Assembly (NCBI GenBank): GCA_040771805.1
Contig: JAXGZJ010000001.1
Span: 1,359,961 to 1,423,960, forward strand
Direction: 5' to 3'
Source: Methanofastidiosum sp.
GTDB taxonomy: Archaea > Methanobacteriota_B > Thermococci > Methanofastidiosales > Methanofastidiosaceae
DNA length: 64,000 nucleotides
Part shown: positions 18,877 through 28,254 of the stretch, in pieces
Layout: every line of letters starts with the position of its first letter
Numbering within the stretch: the first letter of the stretch is position 1
Program-made: the position numbers and the translations under genes
Notes under the pieces: model-generated
Told to the model about the DNA's origin: nothing
What the model saw: only the letters and a program-made list of their open reading frames with translations
Databases searched by the model: none

Positions 18877-19347
18877 TCACAATCCAAATAAACTAGATAA
18901 TCCGCTTTCCCATCCAATTGTCTTGCAAATCTTCATAGGTATTGGCCGGAAAGGTTTATCGTTCTTACTACTAGTATTAAGAGAAATTTTTTCAACTACC
19001 TCCGAAAGACTCACCCAATACCAAGTTCTAAATTGGACTGCTTCAACTGAAAATGCGAGCCATATAGGTATTCTGAATATTCTTTCAAATGAAAGGAGTT
19101 TTTGGATTTCTTCTTCGTCTATGACAAATGATTCATATTTTTCATATATTTTTCTTTCTTTAACATCTACTGCAATTATACCGATTGAATTTATTACTAC
19201 TAAAAAATCAGGTCTTTTAGTAACTCCCTTGAATAGGCTTGAAAAGCAATCAAGTGATTGATCAATGTAAAGATACGCATATCCCTTATTTTCCAGCCAT
19301 TCTTTGAATCTTTGTTCAGAATTATTTGATACGACCACGATTATCAC
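18877..19347 (-). CDS. PD-(D/E)XK family nuclease-like protein
   Basis: EQRFKEWLENKGY helix, KRPDFLVV, IIAVDVKER. Confidence 0.75.
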   Translation of the reverse strand: MIIVVVSNNSEQRFKEWLENKGYAYLYIDQSLDCFSSLFKGVTKRPDFLVVINSIGIIAVDVKERKIYEKYESFVIDEEEIQKLLSFERIFRIPIWLAFSVEAVQFRTWYWVSLSEVVEKISLNTSSKNDKPFRPIPMKICKTIGWESGLSSLFGL

Positions 19348-19502
19348 AAAAACTAGTAGTAAGTTTAAACTAGATTTTCTCCATATATAAACATATGGGA
19401 ATAAATTGAGAAATATACAAAAATTAATTTTTCCATTAGTGATATCTATAATATTAATAGTCTAAAGAGAACTTTTATTAATTATATTTTTTATTTAATA
19501 TC

Positions 19503-20765
19503 ATGAATGATGTTCAAAATGGAAATAATTCAGATTGGGAATTTAAAGGAATATCTAGACATTCAATGTTAATATCGACAGTTCTTTCTAATCGCATTAA
19601 AAGTATAGAAGAAAGTTTAATGGACAAATATGATTTAATTCCAACACCAAATCAAGTTTATGAAGAAAATAAAGAATTATTAGAAAGAATAAAAGAGTAT
19701 ATTAAAGAAGATAATAATTTTAGATCAGTATTAATAGAAAATAAATCTTCTGATTTAGGATTTCCTTATAGAATGAAAATTGAACACAAAAATGGAACAA
19801 TAATAGTTTTTGATGGCATTTCTATACGAAGCTCTAAAATTGTAAATGATAAAAACATCAAAATGGAAGACTTGTTAAAAGAAACAGGATACCCATCCGA
19901 TTATGATGAAATTAATGATTTTAATGAATGTATCAAAAAAAATTTAGATGTTCGATATCTCCGCTATACCCCTTATAGTTATTATACTATCAAGGAAACT
20001 AATTGGGAAAAAATCGGAATAAAATGGAATGGGCAAGAAGGTGAGATATGCCTTATAATAAATGATCCAAATAGATTTGAATTATTTTTCCCACAAAAAT
20101 ATGTAAAAACTGGAGAAGATTTTCATATATATTTGGGAAATGAAAATAAAATACATCAAAGGATATCCCATGACTACTTTATTAAGCGAGAATTAGAAAA
20201 ATATGAAGGATATTATAAAAATAAATTGGAAGAAGTATTAGGATATCGAAGTGACTTAAATAAAGATTTTGGGGGTATAGCCTCTCCAGCTTATAAATTA
20301 CTCAAAAAAACCAAGATGTGGGGATTTGTTAAAAATGCTGTCAAATCATTATATCAACTGATAGATTATATTGAAAGGGGAAATTTTCTTATAGATTATT
20401 TAGAGCGCAATATTAAAGAGAACATATCTTATATTAATTTACCGCCAGTGATTTTTTATATAGGTGGCGAGAAAAAAGATTTAAATAAAATGAATCGTTT
20501 TGAGGAAAAGCATTTTATTGTAATTAGAATTGAAGAAAATAAATCAATATCAAACTCCCCAGAGATTAAATACGCTATACCTTCCTACAACCCTGAAGTC
20601 AAAAATCTAAAATATTATTTAGAAAGTACTTCAAAAAATACGGAAAATATTTATAATCGAGAAAAAGATTTACTAACTGCTTATCAAACTGAATTTGGAT
20701 TATATGGTGTTTGGATTGCTATTATTGCAATTATTATAGCTATGGCCTCTTTATTTTTTAGGTAA
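19503..20765 (+). CDS. Hypothetical protein with C-terminal transmembrane helix (element cargo)
   Basis: 420-aa AT-rich ORF ending GLYGVWIAIIAIIIAMASLFFR. Confidence 0.75.
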   Translation: MNDVQNGNNSDWEFKGISRHSMLISTVLSNRIKSIEESLMDKYDLIPTPNQVYEENKELLERIKEYIKEDNNFRSVLIENKSSDLGFPYRMKIEHKNGTIIVFDGISIRSSKIVNDKNIKMEDLLKETGYPSDYDEINDFNECIKKNLDVRYLRYTPYSYYTIKETNWEKIGIKWNGQEGEICLIINDPNRFELFFPQKYVKTGEDFHIYLGNENKIHQRISHDYFIKRELEKYEGYYKNKLEEVLGYRSDLNKDFGGIASPAYKLLKKTKMWGFVKNAVKSLYQLIDYIERGNFLIDYLERNIKENISYINLPPVIFYIGGEKKDLNKMNRFEEKHFIVIRIEENKSISNSPEIKYAIPSYNPEVKNLKYYLESTSKNTENIYNREKDLLTAYQTEFGLYGVWIAIIAIIIAMASLFFR

Positions 20766-20811
20766 TTATACTAGAAATATAATTTTAGCTATAAGAAATT
20801 TGTATGGCATA

Positions 20812-22263
20812 TCATTCTTCAATCAATAACACCTGAGCCATTTCTTTATTTTTAATAGTTCTATAATAATCTGAGGGATAATTTTCTGGAGTAAATATCT
20901 TCAATGCTTCGTCAAATGCTTCTATGGCTTTTATAACATTATCTTGTTTATCTTTAATTTTAGAAAATTCTATATAGACATTGCCAATATTACCATAAAT
21001 CAAAGCATATTGGTAAGGTTCATTATAGATTTTATATAAAATGAGAGCTTGTGAATACGCATCTAGAGCATTTATTAGATATTGTTCTTTATTTTGATTG
21101 TCTATTTCAGATAGTCTCCTATATATTGCCCCTTGAGTGATTTTTATTGAGCCGTAACTTTCTTTATTTCTTTCGAATGTATTTATCAGTAATGAATCTT
21201 CACAATATCCAAGCGCAATTTTTAGATTATTTAATGGATTTTCGAAAAAGGATAGTCTACGATGCGTAACAGCTAGATTAAAAAGTATATTGGCATAGTC
21301 TCCGGGATATTTTTCTATTGTATAAACTTTCAATGATTCATTAAATTCGTCCAAAGCTAGGTATAAATATTTTTTTCCTTCTGGTAAATCGTTTAGATTA
21401 GAATGGGCAACTCCTAGATTACATTTAGCAAATGCGTATTGATAAGGATACTTTTCAAGAGTAAAGAATCTCAAAGCTTCTTCAAAAGAGATTATGGAAT
21501 TGATAAAATTTGTCTCTTTATCTACGCCTAGCATGGCTAATGTACCATAAGATGCTCCCAAATTTATTTGAATTTTGGCATAGTCGTAACTTACATTATC
21601 ATCTTTATGGATTTCCAGAGCTTTTTTGAAATAACTTATGGACTCCTTGGAATTTTCTACCCTATTCTTGTATTTAGAAAAAGTTGCATAAATTACGCCA
21701 ATATTTGTATTTGTTGAAGCGTATTGCGTAGGGTATTTTTCTTTTGTGAAAACTTTCAAAGCTTTATTAAATGAAATTAGTGCATTATTTAAATTCTCAT
21801 CTCTTGTATTTTCATTCGCATTAGCTCTTTGAGAAAAATTATAATAACATACCCCTTTTTTATGTTCTAGGTCTGCAATAATATCTGGCTTTTCACTTCC
21901 ATTAAACTTATTCTCAAGGGCGACTATCCTCCCAAATGCTTTGTCGAATAGGCCAGAACTGATATCTAGTTGAATACTTTGAAGAGATTCTTCTATTATC
22001 TTTTGATGGTCTCTTCCTTCCTTGTAAGGGATGTATATTGTAAATATGGTGGTTATTATCCCCAAAATTACTCCCAATCCAACAACAATTTTCCAAAACT
22101 TCCTCAGTGACTCTTTGTTTATCATTTTAATCTCCTCCGATTGAGGCGTATATGTCTCTTCTTTACCTTGAATCTTAAATATTTTGTCAAATATTATTGG
22201 GGCAGATATTAAAAATACTAATATGATAATTCCTACAACTAAAATCTTTTTTATAGCTCCCAT
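20812..22263 (-). CDS. Membrane-anchored TPR repeat protein (element cargo)
   Basis: Two N-terminal TM segments; repeats of YA....NLG.AY....AI..FEEALK.FT.EKYP; alternative start at 22125 preceded by GGAGG. Confidence 0.85.
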   Translation of the reverse strand: MGAIKKILVVGIIILVFLISAPIIFDKIFKIQGKEETYTPQSEEIKMINKESLRKFWKIVVGLGVILGIITTIFTIYIPYKEGRDHQKIIEESLQSIQLDISSGLFDKAFGRIVALENKFNGSEKPDIIADLEHKKGVCYYNFSQRANANENTRDENLNNALISFNKALKVFTKEKYPTQYASTNTNIGVIYATFSKYKNRVENSKESISYFKKALEIHKDDNVSYDYAKIQINLGASYGTLAMLGVDKETNFINSIISFEEALRFFTLEKYPYQYAFAKCNLGVAHSNLNDLPEGKKYLYLALDEFNESLKVYTIEKYPGDYANILFNLAVTHRRLSFFENPLNNLKIALGYCEDSLLINTFERNKESYGSIKITQGAIYRRLSEIDNQNKEQYLINALDAYSQALILYKIYNEPYQYALIYGNIGNVYIEFSKIKDKQDNVIKAIEAFDEALKIFTPENYPSDYYRTIKNKEMAQVLLIEE

Positions 22264-22370
22264 GGATATTAGAATACTTTCATATTTATATGAATATGGA
22301 AAAATATAGAAATTATTCCCAAGAAAGCTCTAATCTTACTAATAATACTCAAAGAGACTCTTTGCATGAA

Positions 22371-23165
22371 TTAGTTCTCCTCTTCAAAGAATAACTTTTT
22401 TTGTATCAAACTATCGATGGCATTTTCTCCAAACATCTCGATGAGCTTTGCCTTGTCTGTAGCCGGATTGTTTTTGAGAAAAAGAAATGCAATTATTTCT
22501 TTATCCGAGAGTTTCTCGTAATTCTTTAATAATTCCAAGGAAGAATCTTTTTTTTCAGAATTTATTATAATTCGTATTCTATTCAGCTTATTCTGTTTTT
22601 TTATTTTTTTATTTGTTGAGAAAAAAGAGATAATTTTTTCATCCCAGCTTTCTGGGACCAAGGAGCCTATGAAGAAAATCCCAATAGGAACAACTGGAAG
22701 TAACAGGATAAAATAAAATGTTTCGAAAGTACTATTATTTTGGTAATGAATAGTTGTTATTTTTGATTCTATATACGTGTCTCTTGATCCTCCCCAATTT
22801 GAAAAGGTCAAATAATATTTTCCACGAAGGTCAAGCTTTATTATTTTATCAATTTCTTTAGTGTTTAGAATTTCGTATTCAGAAATAAAACTTTTCCAAT
22901 TGGGTCCAATTCTCCTAAGATGATTTTCTTCTGACATTATATAGAAATTTATTGGCTCCGTAGATTTCATTTTAATTTTTATCTCAGATTCTCCAAATAA
23001 ATTAAACTCATACGATTGAGAGTATCCTTTATCAAGATCAAAATTTTTATTTAAGATGTCAAGCTCATACTCCTCTACACATATATCAGCTAATACGGAA
23101 AAGAATAATGCGAACGCAATTAAAATTATTACAATAATACCAGATATTTTGCTAGATTTTCTCAT
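22371..23165 (-). CDS. Hypothetical bitopic membrane protein with extracytoplasmic beta-rich domain (element cargo)
   Basis: N-terminal signal anchor, beta-rich middle (INFYIM, GKYYLTFSN), second TM, charged tail. Confidence 0.7.
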   Translation of the reverse strand: MRKSSKISGIIVIILIAFALFFSVLADICVEEYELDILNKNFDLDKGYSQSYEFNLFGESEIKIKMKSTEPINFYIMSEENHLRRIGPNWKSFISEYEILNTKEIDKIIKLDLRGKYYLTFSNWGGSRDTYIESKITTIHYQNNSTFETFYFILLLPVVPIGIFFIGSLVPESWDEKIISFFSTNKKIKKQNKLNRIRIIINSEKKDSSLELLKNYEKLSDKEIIAFLFLKNNPATDKAKLIEMFGENAIDSLIQKKLFFEEEN

Positions 23166-23235
23166 ATTAAATCACCAAAGATTAGTTAAATATTGTCTTC
23201 TTCATATATAAGAATATGTAAAAATATAGGGAAAA

Positions 23236-24207
23236 TTAGTCATTCAAATTGAGGAAGTTTTGAAGATATTTCTTATTCTTTTTTTGATTGGCTATATGGA
23301 TATATTTCATAGTCGTGATAAGAGAGTTGTGACCTAAGTGTTCTTGAATCGTATAAGGGTCAACATCATTTAATGCCAGATGCGTTGCGCATGTATGGCG
23401 GAGCTTGTGAGGGTAGACCTTTACTCCGGCAGATTTTCCGGCTTTGGACATTATTTCACAGATACGATTTCGAGTAAGCCGATTTCTATTCCTTTTAGAC
23501 TGAAATAGAGCTTTATAGTGAGGATGCGATGATCTTTCAAGCGCAGTGTACAAAACGATAGCTAAGACGACATCTGCAGACAGTTCTCTTTCATAATCTC
23601 GCCGGTTTTTAGTATCCCTTAAAATTACAGAGCCCGACCAATAATAAAATCCGATGTTTTTAAAATCGTCAAAATCATCCCAATTATTGAGAAGATGTAG
23701 AAGCATCTCTACTGGATATCTAGAGAGGGTGGGAGACAATCTAAGGGAGGTACTACCGTTTTCATAGCTTTTTTGGACATATTTAAAATCATCAATATTG
23801 AGATTTACTACTTCAGACACCCTAAGGCCACCCTTCGCCATCAGAAGGAACATGGCAAGGTCGCGGTAGGACTTGAAATGAATCATCACTTTATTGAATT
23901 CCTCCTGGGTGAGGTACTCAGTCAGAGGATGATTGCTCTTGGGCAGTGGCAGATGATTTTCAATATTATGGAAGGAAAGGTAGTGATTCAGAATGACCGC
24001 AATATTCCTGGCCGTTTTAGGGGCATATTTATCAGAGCGGTACTGAAGATAGAACTTCCGTACATTTTCATAAAGATTGTTTTCATCGGTATCAGGATAT
24101 TCCCTCTTGAACTTCTCGATTATTCTCATATAGTCTTTGACCTGGGCTTCGGCTATGCACTTGTCAATAATCAGGTAGTTCTTGAAATCTTCGGATGATT
24201 TAAGCAT
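23236..24207 (-). CDS. Tyrosine recombinase/integrase, paralog 1
   Basis: GGLRVSE, DTKN, PHKLRHTCAT, LGH, TMKY; ~45-aa insertion between the R and K motifs relative to paralog 2. Confidence 0.93.
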   Translation of the reverse strand: MLKSSEDFKNYLIIDKCIAEAQVKDYMRIIEKFKREYPDTDENNLYENVRKFYLQYRSDKYAPKTARNIAVILNHYLSFHNIENHLPLPKSNHPLTEYLTQEEFNKVMIHFKSYRDLAMFLLMAKGGLRVSEVVNLNIDDFKYVQKSYENGSTSLRLSPTLSRYPVEMLLHLLNNWDDFDDFKNIGFYYWSGSVILRDTKNRRDYERELSADVVLAIVLYTALERSSHPHYKALFQSKRNRNRLTRNRICEIMSKAGKSAGVKVYPHKLRHTCATHLALNDVDPYTIQEHLGHNSLITTMKYIHIANQKKNKKYLQNFLNLND

Positions 24208-24309
24208 GTCAAACGCCCCCCTCAGAAAATAAAGATTGAATCAATAAAAGGTTATTGAATTTCTATATAAATAATAATTTTTATCTTTTAGCTTCCTCGA
24301 GTTATATAT

Positions 24310-24870
24310 TCAAGTAAGTTGATTCTTTCTCATAATCCCATCGAGAATGCCCTCTATATCGGCAGTCGTATCGTCAAAATTATTCCTACTAATTTTAAAA
24401 AATTTACAAAGCGGGCATTTCTATTTATATCCAAGGATAAACGGACTTTCATTTAATTCAATTTTGCATCTGGGGCAGAGAGGAATTTTCTCTACGGCAA
24501 ATATAGGTTTAGGAGTCGTGTCTGTTAAACTTAGAGGGTGTGGTTTGTAACTATATATCTCCCAAATGACATTATTATGCTCATATGTAGAGTGAATAGT
24601 CCAATCTTCGTTATTATAATATTGTTTACAATACCGGCGTTTTGATTTTTTGCGAGATGATTTCTTATAAGATATATACAATGCAATGGCAAATAGCATT
24701 AATATTAGAATCAAGGATAAATAATTAATTTCAAAAGTAAAGAAAAAATTTTTTATCCTTAGATCATTATCAATAAGATACTCAAAATATTTTATAATAA
24801 GACCGCCAGCTACAGCAATAATAATCCCATAGCATATATACTGTTTTGCACTCATATTATCTTTTTTCAT
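24310..24870 (-). pseudogene. Two-TM membrane protein with C-terminal Zn ribbon interrupted by an in-frame TAG at 24421-24423
   Basis: ...CPRCKIELNESPFILGYK*KCPLCKFF...RKNQLT*; the frame stays open 36 codons past the TAG. Confidence 0.7.
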
Positions 24871-24992
24871 TTGATATTTGTAAGAATAATTGTTTAATAA
24901 ATATACCCTTATACCAATCTTGTTTAATGCTATTTGAAATACGATTAACTAAAAAACGAATATTATCGAAATAGGAAATAATTAACTAATAG

Positions 24993-25817
24993 CTATTTAA
25001 CATCAAAGTCTTGGGCTATTGATAGAGCATATTTTTTGTAGTTTGTTTTCTGGACTTCATCCACTGCATGGATGTATATCTGGGTCGATTCATAGCTTCG
25101 ATGCCTCAGCTGATTCTTAATAGTGTCTATATCTGCGCCGTTTATCCTCATCTGAGTTGCGCAGGTGTGCCTCAGCATATGAGGGTGGACTTTGACCCCT
25201 ATTGAATCTCCGGCTTTTTTTATAGTATTCTGGATTGCCCTTGTGCTGATTCTGGTATTCCTTCGGGTCAAGAATAGAGCCTTGTTCTTGATAGAGTTAT
25301 CCCTTTCAAGCGCTATGTAGCTCTGGATTAATGATATGGTGTCCTCCATAAGGTACACCTTCCAATCCTCCCTGTTTTTAGTATCCTTGAGCAGGATGTA
25401 TCCATCGTCGTTCTTGAAATAAAGGTCGTCGAGATTGAGCTTTGAGACCTCGCTGACTCTAAGCCCCGCTTGGACCATTAAGAGGAATAGGGAGATGTCG
25501 CGGTAAGAGGAAAATTGACACAGCATCTTATAGACATCCTCCTTCTTCAGGTACTGGATTTTAGTCTTGTTTTTCTTCGGAGGTTTTATGGAGAAGTCGA
25601 TTCCCCTGTATTCTGAAAATCTGTTTAGCGCAAAAGCGATGTTTCTGATGGTGGACTTTGAGTAATCACCATTTAGGTAGGAGATGTAGAACTCCATAAT
25701 ATCATCCTTTGATTCTCCAGGATATTTGGATCTAAAGCTCTCTATGGTGTATAGGTAGCACTGGGCTTGATAGGGAGATATGCCCTTTTCTATTATCAAA
25801 AAGTTCTTGAAGTCCAT
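24993..25817 (-). CDS. Tyrosine recombinase/integrase, paralog 2
   Basis: AGLRVSE, DTKN, PHMLRHTCAT, LRH, TQIY. Confidence 0.93.
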   Translation of the reverse strand: MDFKNFLIIEKGISPYQAQCYLYTIESFRSKYPGESKDDIMEFYISYLNGDYSKSTIRNIAFALNRFSEYRGIDFSIKPPKKNKTKIQYLKKEDVYKMLCQFSSYRDISLFLLMVQAGLRVSEVSKLNLDDLYFKNDDGYILLKDTKNREDWKVYLMEDTISLIQSYIALERDNSIKNKALFLTRRNTRISTRAIQNTIKKAGDSIGVKVHPHMLRHTCATQMRINGADIDTIKNQLRHRSYESTQIYIHAVDEVQKTNYKKYALSIAQDFDVK

Positions 25818-25898
25818 ACACGCCTCCAGATATTTAATAAACTACGAATTAGGAAAAACAGCCCATTATGAAAGAGTATATGGAAAAGAAAGGCGTTG

Positions 25899-27890
25899 TC
25901 AGCCATCCGATGCCTCCCGATAAGATTCTAAGGATTCAAATACTAGATTTTTAAGTAAAGTGAAGGGGTCTAATGGTTCTTTGTGAATACAAGTATTACT
26001 AACTATAGGGCCCTCATTTGAAGGATCTAGATTAGGAGTAGTTTCAACACTATTTAGGGAATAAAAGAAAGAGTATAGAGGCACATGGCAGTCAAGACAC
26101 AATGTCCCTAATGGCGTTAATACCCAGCATTTTAGTGAACGATTATATCTTATTAATTTAAGGCGGACAAGCTTCTTTACATATTTCTTGTATTGGTATT
26201 CGCTGTAGCCGAAATTCAACATAATTGAATCTACCTCTTTAAAGTCAGATATTTCATTGAGGATTTCACGCATGGTCTTATTTTTTAGTTTAGGGAGTTT
26301 CTGGTCCAAATAAGGGGTTGATTTATCGGATAAAGAGCGGATAAACTCGGTGATGCCGGAAAGAGGGTAATAGGTCTCAAATACTTCAGCTAAGAATGAT
26401 TTGAACAGTTTTCGGCGATGCTCAAGTGAGAAACAGGGATATCCCGATAGTAAAGGATTTAGATACCTGATAATTTGGGCATCCTTTCTTTTTGTATCAG
26501 ACAGCCTTGAGATGTCCTTTGATTCGAGCTTCAATTCAAATCTTTCAACAAACCAGGGAATTTGAATTCCGCGCCTTTGGTAGAGCTCTAAGGTCTTGTC
26601 ATAAACATATGCCTTTGGCCTATTGGGAAACTCAAAATAAATTGTAGAGCCTTTGAGGATTGAGATATATTCTGAATTGCAGGCGGCGTAAGATGCTATG
26701 ACGGAATGGAACATCTTTTGCTTTCTCTTTGAGGGGAAGAAGAAGTTGACGTGCAGTTCAAGATAATTGGGGATTATATTTTCAAAGTCAATCATGAAGA
26801 GCTTGCTTAGGTACTGGGCGAAGTTGTATGGATGGTTTTCGGAAGAATCATAATAACGAGAATGCTCAAGCTTTTTGATATATGTGATTTCAAGGGGGTC
26901 AATGTCATTTAGAATTGTTACATTCCCGAAATCAAATTCTCCAAAATTCCCTCTTTTAAAATAGAAGTTGCTGGAAGGGCCGGAATTTATAGAAGCAGGC
27001 TCAAAGAGAAGATTGAATAAATTATGAAGTTCTTCGTTTGCGCGGCATAGGCACCTGGTATTGGAGTCATATGTATCCTGGCTAATTACAAGATTATACG
27101 GCGCCTCACATTCAGGGTCGTATATGGGAAGATTGTACCTGATATGGGATGTAAAAGGAAAATCCGTCCTAATCTCCAGGGTAAGACCGGATATAAAATT
27201 TATTTTATACCACCAGGGATTGTTTTTGCCCCTGTAATGTTGGAAGTTGGCAATTGATTCAACCCCGTAGGCAGAAGGATTTTTTGAAATTGGCTCGTAA
27301 ATATATTTTCTTAAGAAATATCCAAATTCAGAGCACCATTTATCGAGTGCACAAATATAATACGCATCTTCATCGGAAATAGGCTTGCCTTTAGAAATCT
27401 GATCCTTTAATGCGTAGGCCTTGTGACCCGAGGGGAACAGGTTTAACTGCTTCAATCCGAATCTGTCCAAAACAACAGATGACATAAAGGTTGAAAGTTC
27501 CGGGATTTTTGAGAACTCGTAAGCTTCATACATCTGTTTACGGGTATAGTAGGCCAGTTTTTTTTCATTAAGTGCACGGTCAATTATAGATATTTTTTCT
27601 TCTGTCTGGTCTAGATAGCAGATTAAGATGGAATTATTGGGATTTTGAGAAATAGCAGATTTAAGGGCTTTAAGAGATAGCATAAGCCCGGCTCTTTCTT
27701 TTTTCAGCTCTTTTCTTTCTTTATCAATTTCGGCGAATGATTCTTTTAATTCAGAATATAGCGAAATCAAAGTTTTCTGATTGTCAATATCTGTTGCAGA
27801 CAATCCTATATCCAGCTCATCAATTATGTCCTGGTATTTAGCAAGTGATTCCGGATCTTCCAATATATAATTTCGCCTCATATTGAACAC
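25899..27890 (-). CDS. Putative replication initiator (Rep_trans/phage gpII-like motifs) with N-terminal coiled coil and C-terminal winged helix
   Basis: YLELHVN...STIYF...AYVYDKTLE...ERFELKL motif series; KKLVRLKLIRY...WVLTPLG wHTH; first gene of the element. The ORF is secure, the function is inferred. Confidence 0.6.
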   Translation of the reverse strand: MFNMRRNYILEDPESLAKYQDIIDELDIGLSATDIDNQKTLISLYSELKESFAEIDKERKELKKERAGLMLSLKALKSAISQNPNNSILICYLDQTEEKISIIDRALNEKKLAYYTRKQMYEAYEFSKIPELSTFMSSVVLDRFGLKQLNLFPSGHKAYALKDQISKGKPISDEDAYYICALDKWCSEFGYFLRKYIYEPISKNPSAYGVESIANFQHYRGKNNPWWYKINFISGLTLEIRTDFPFTSHIRYNLPIYDPECEAPYNLVISQDTYDSNTRCLCRANEELHNLFNLLFEPASINSGPSSNFYFKRGNFGEFDFGNVTILNDIDPLEITYIKKLEHSRYYDSSENHPYNFAQYLSKLFMIDFENIIPNYLELHVNFFFPSKRKQKMFHSVIASYAACNSEYISILKGSTIYFEFPNRPKAYVYDKTLELYQRRGIQIPWFVERFELKLESKDISRLSDTKRKDAQIIRYLNPLLSGYPCFSLEHRRKLFKSFLAEVFETYYPLSGITEFIRSLSDKSTPYLDQKLPKLKNKTMREILNEISDFKEVDSIMLNFGYSEYQYKKYVKKLVRLKLIRYNRSLKCWVLTPLGTLCLDCHVPLYSFFYSLNSVETTPNLDPSNEGPIVSNTCIHKEPLDPFTLLKNLVFESLESYREASDG

Positions 27891-28047
27891 ATACTTCTAT
27901 TATTGAAAGCCGTACCAGAATAGTCCAGGTCTACAATTAAAGCGCAAGGTTTTAGGCCCTGTGACATTAGGAGTTGGAAATTTATTCTAGTTCAGCTTTA
28001 AGACCAATCCGCAAAGGATTGGTAAGATAGAAAAGAATGATTTCTGA

Positions 28048-28132
28048 TGCGGGGGCCGTGATTTGAACACGGGAACTCCTACGAGACAGGGTCCTAAGCC
28101 CTGCACCTTTGACCAGGCTCGGCAACCCCCGC
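28048..28132 (-). tRNA. tRNA-Leu (anticodon TAG)
   Basis: GCGGGGGTTGCCGAGCCTGGTCAAAGGTGCAGGGCT-TAG-GACCCTG...GTTCAAATCACGGCCCCCGCA with long variable arm. Confidence 0.96.
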
Positions 28133-28254
28133 GTATTTATAAAATCCAAACCATATATTTTGAAATTCTTTATAAATGTAACGATAATTGTTACGTCAAT
28201 TAAATACAGTGAAACTTTTATATTAAGCCAATAACTTATTTTTAGGTGTAAGAA

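Larger units (their letters stand above)
17830..28103. mobile_element. Integrated plasmid-like element at tRNA-Leu(TAG) with Rep-like gene, two tyrosine recombinases and cargo
   Basis: Perfect 56-bp terminal direct repeats derived from the tRNA; two integrase genes inside; no housekeeping genes within. Confidence 0.93.

Noticed and set aside
18788..19261. 157-aa plus-strand ORF
   Set aside because: Antisense to the PD-(D/E)XK gene, which has the better motif support.
23773..24198. 141-aa plus-strand ORF inside integrase 1
   Set aside because: Antisense to a clear integrase, with no motif or RBS support.
17830..28103. Calling the element a provirus or conjugative element
   Set aside because: No recognisable capsid, packaging ATPase, VirB4/VirD4 or pilin genes; a highly divergent virion protein among the membrane ORFs cannot be fully excluded.
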